NCBI RefSeq assembly: GCF_004010195.1
Contig: NC_057718.1
Coordinates: 39,736,579-39,800,578, forward strand
DNA length: 64,000 nucleotides
Source of the DNA: Chiloscyllium plagiosum
Taxonomy: Eukaryota
Direction of reading: 5' to 3'
The position numbers and the translations under genes were made by a program. This document shows positions 61,125-64,000 of the stretch, piece by piece. Below the pieces are notes generated by a model. It was not told the origin of the DNA. It did not search any database and saw only the letters and a program-made list of their open reading frames with translations. Positions within the stretch are counted from its first letter, which is position 1. The number at the start of each line of letters is the position of its first letter.

Positions 61125-61163
61125 AGCTCTGAAGAAGAGTCATGTGGACTCGAAACATTAGCT
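61125..61163 (+). ncRNA. Putative minimal hammerhead ribozyme in a PLE-end fragment (61125-61222)
   Basis: AGCT-CTGAAGA-A-GAGTC-ATGTG-GACTC-GAAA-CATT-AGCT: 4-bp helix I, 5-bp helix II. Confidence 0.6.
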
Positions 61164-62914
61164 TGCTCTCTCTCTATGGATGCTGTCTGACCTGTTGTGA
61201 TTTTCAGCATTTGCTCTTTGCGGAATTTTTTTTAGTGCCCATGTTTTAGAAAAAAAATTCATGAATGTGACATGGGTTTCTTTGTCTGGTCCCCAGTTGC
61301 CCTTAGAAGATGGTGACAAGCTGCCTTTTGAATTGCTGCTGTTCATTTGGTCTGGTGCCCCACAATGCTGTTAGAGAGGGAGTTGTAGGTTTCTCTCCCA
61401 CACTGAAGGAAGAGTGATAGATTGCCAAGTCAGGATGGTAAGTGGCTTGGAGGGGGACCTTGTAATGGTAATACCACGTATCTGTTGCTCGCCCTTCGGG
61501 GTAGAAGTGGTCGTGGGTTTGGACATGATTTGGCATTTATAAGCACTCAATACGTGGCGGCAGTGGGTGAACTCGCCCCGAAGTTCCAAATGGCCGAGGA
61601 AATTTCACTCATGGGGGAAGCCAATGGAGAAAGGTTACCCCCTTAAAGAGAATGGTAGGGAATGATGAGACACTGATCCTCCAATCACAGGTTGGTTTTG
61701 TCCCATGCTCAGGGTGCCTTGGCTGCAAAAAAGGGCCTTCTGCCGGATTGGTAATTCTGCCGGTTGGACAGCCATGGGGTTGTCTGCCAGAGGAACATGT
61801 GGATGAGGAGGCAGCTGCAAGGAGGTTTGAGGAAGGAAGAAGAGGTGGTAATAGGGAGTAGCAGCAAGAATCTGGAAGGTGGGCATGGGGTGGGGATGGA
61901 AAATGTGGGGGAGGAAAATGTGTGGAAGGAGGAGCCAGCTAGGAGTTAGGGGAGAAGAAAGAGGCTGAAAGAGGTCTGTGGAGGTGAAGTTGGATGGGGG
62001 ATGGAAAAGGAAGGGGGGGGGGTGGTTTAGAGAATCAAGAGACAGAGAATGATCATGGTGGGGGGTTTGTCCTGAAGCTGCTCTTATTTGATAAGAAAGA
62101 TTTTCACAAGAACTCAAGCTTCATGTCTCTATTAATCTTACTCTTCTATTCATTTCTACTCTGTGCTCATCACTTTTTCTCCACTCTTTTGTCTTTTTGA
62201 CAGAGGCCCAACGCAAAGTATAAAAAATATTCCAACACTTTTTCATCAGTAAAGTGACGGAGGGGTAATCAACAGTGCTATCAAGCAGCACCTGTTCAGC
62301 AATAACCTGCTCAGTGACTCCCAGTTTAGGTTCCGCCAGGGTCACTCAGCTCCTGACCTCATTATGGCCTTGGTTCAAAACATGGACAAAAAGAGCTGAA
62401 TTCAAGAGGTGAGAGTGACAGCGACATCCCTTGAGATCAAAGCTGCGTTTGACTGAGTGTGGCATCAAGGAGCCCTAACAAAACTGGAATCAATGGGTAT
62501 TAGGGGACAAACTCTCCGGTGACTGGAATCATACCTAACACACAGCAAGATGGTCTTGGTTGTTGTCATCTCAGCTCCTGGACATCTTGGCAAGAGTTTC
62601 TCAGGGTGGCTTCCTAAGCTCACCACCTTCAACTGCTTCATTAATGACCTTCCCTCCATAAAGGTCAGTAGTGGGAATGTCCATAATGTTCAGTGCCATT
62701 CGCAATTCCTCAGATACTGAAACAATTCATGTACAAATGCAACAAGATCTGGACAACATCCAGGTTTGGGCCGAAAAGTGGCAAACAACATTCAGCCTTC
62801 AAAAATGCCTGACAATGACCATCTTCAATAAGAGACATCTAACCACCTCCTCTGTCATTTAATTGTGTTGCTATCATTGAATCATCCACTAACAACACTC
62901 TGGGGGTTACCATT

Positions 62915-64000
62915 ACAGTGATACAGAATAGAAACATATTCTTCGGTCCAACTCATCCATGCCAAGCAGGTTCCCCAAACTAAACTAGTCCCACTCACCT
63001 GTGTTTGACCCACATCCCTCTAACCTTTCCTATTCATGCACCTGTCCAAATGTCTTTTAAGTATTGCAGCTGTATCTGCACTTACCAGTTCATCTGGCAA
63101 TTCGCTCACCACCCTCTGTGTGAAAAGGTTGATCCTCAGGTCCCTTTTAAATATTTCCCCTCTCACCTTAAACATATGCCTTCTTGTTTGGACTCCCCTA
63201 CCCTAGGGGAAATACCTTGGCTATTCACCTTATCCATGCCTCTAATGATTTTATAAACCTGGATGTAGGTTTGTTCACTGAGGTGGAAAGTTCATTTTCA
63301 GAAGTTTCATCAACATACAAGGTTACATCTTCAGTGAGCCGCCAGACGAATCACTGCTGATGATTCCTTCTTTCTATTTATATGTTTGGGTTTCTTTGGG
63401 CTGGTGATGTAATTTCCTGATCTTTTTCTCAGGGAGTGGTAAATGGGATCCAAGTCAATGTGTTTGTTGAAAGAGTTTCGGTTGGAATGCCATGCTTCTA
63501 GGAGTTCTGATGCATCTTTCTGTTTGGCTTGACTTAGGATAGATATGTTGTCCCAGTCAAAGTGGTGTCCTTCCTTACCTGTCTGTAAGGATACTAGTGA
63601 GAGAGGGTCATGTCGTTTTGTAGCTAGTTGGTGTTCATGTATCTTGGTGGCTAGTTTTCTGCCTGTTTGTCCAATGTAGTGTTTGTTACAGTTCTTGCAC
63701 GGTATTTTGTAAATTAGTTTTGCTTGTTGTCTGTATACGGTTTTTCAAGTTCATTAGTTGCTGTTTTAGTATATTAGTGGGCGACCATGATTCCAGCAAG
63801 CAAACCCACATCCAGAACCTCAATCCGAGCTATAAATTTTCTCAAAACTTGCTAATTTTATAAACCTCTACAAGGTCACCTCTCAACTTCCAATGCTCCA
63901 AAGTAAACTGTCCCAGCTTATCCAGCCTCTCCTTACAACTCAAATCTTCGAGTCAGGTAACATCCTTGAACCCTTTTCTGTATCCTTTCCAGTTTAATAA
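62915..64000 (-). mobile_element. CR1 LINE 3' fragment (runs off the window), split by a PLE
   Basis: Similar to 1215-1710. Confidence 0.8.
63261..63854 (-). mobile_element. Poseidon-like PLE fragment with an inverted terminal piece
   Basis: Reverse-complement homologue of 35960-36478; 13-bp TSD attttataaacct at 63248-63260 and 63855-63867; degenerate hammerhead at about 63297-63338. Confidence 0.87.

Overview
Eukaryotic (vertebrate) genomic DNA, most likely from a shark or ray, because HE1/V-SINE-type SINEs and matching CR1 tails are abundant. The window lies inside one large minus-strand gene, MARK1 (MAP/microtubule affinity-regulating kinase 1). Nine consecutive internal coding exons (26943 down to 4121; 967 nt, 322 codons) splice in frame to give most of the kinase domain, the UBA domain and the start of the spacer. 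One intron needs a non-canonical GC donor. I did not find the upstream or downstream exons, so the gene appears to run off both ends. The introns are full of CR1 and L2 LINE fragments, SINEs, a Tigger/pogo-type MITE and Penelope-like elements (PLEs). The most striking signal is about 15 short PLE-end-derived inserts from at least three families, many of them palindromic and flanked by 8-14 bp target-site duplications (TSDs). Many carry minimal hammerhead-ribozyme cores (CUGAnGA-stem-GAAA-NUH), several in the sense of the MARK1 pre-mRNA. Repeat boundaries were read by eye and are approximate; exon boundaries were checked base by base.
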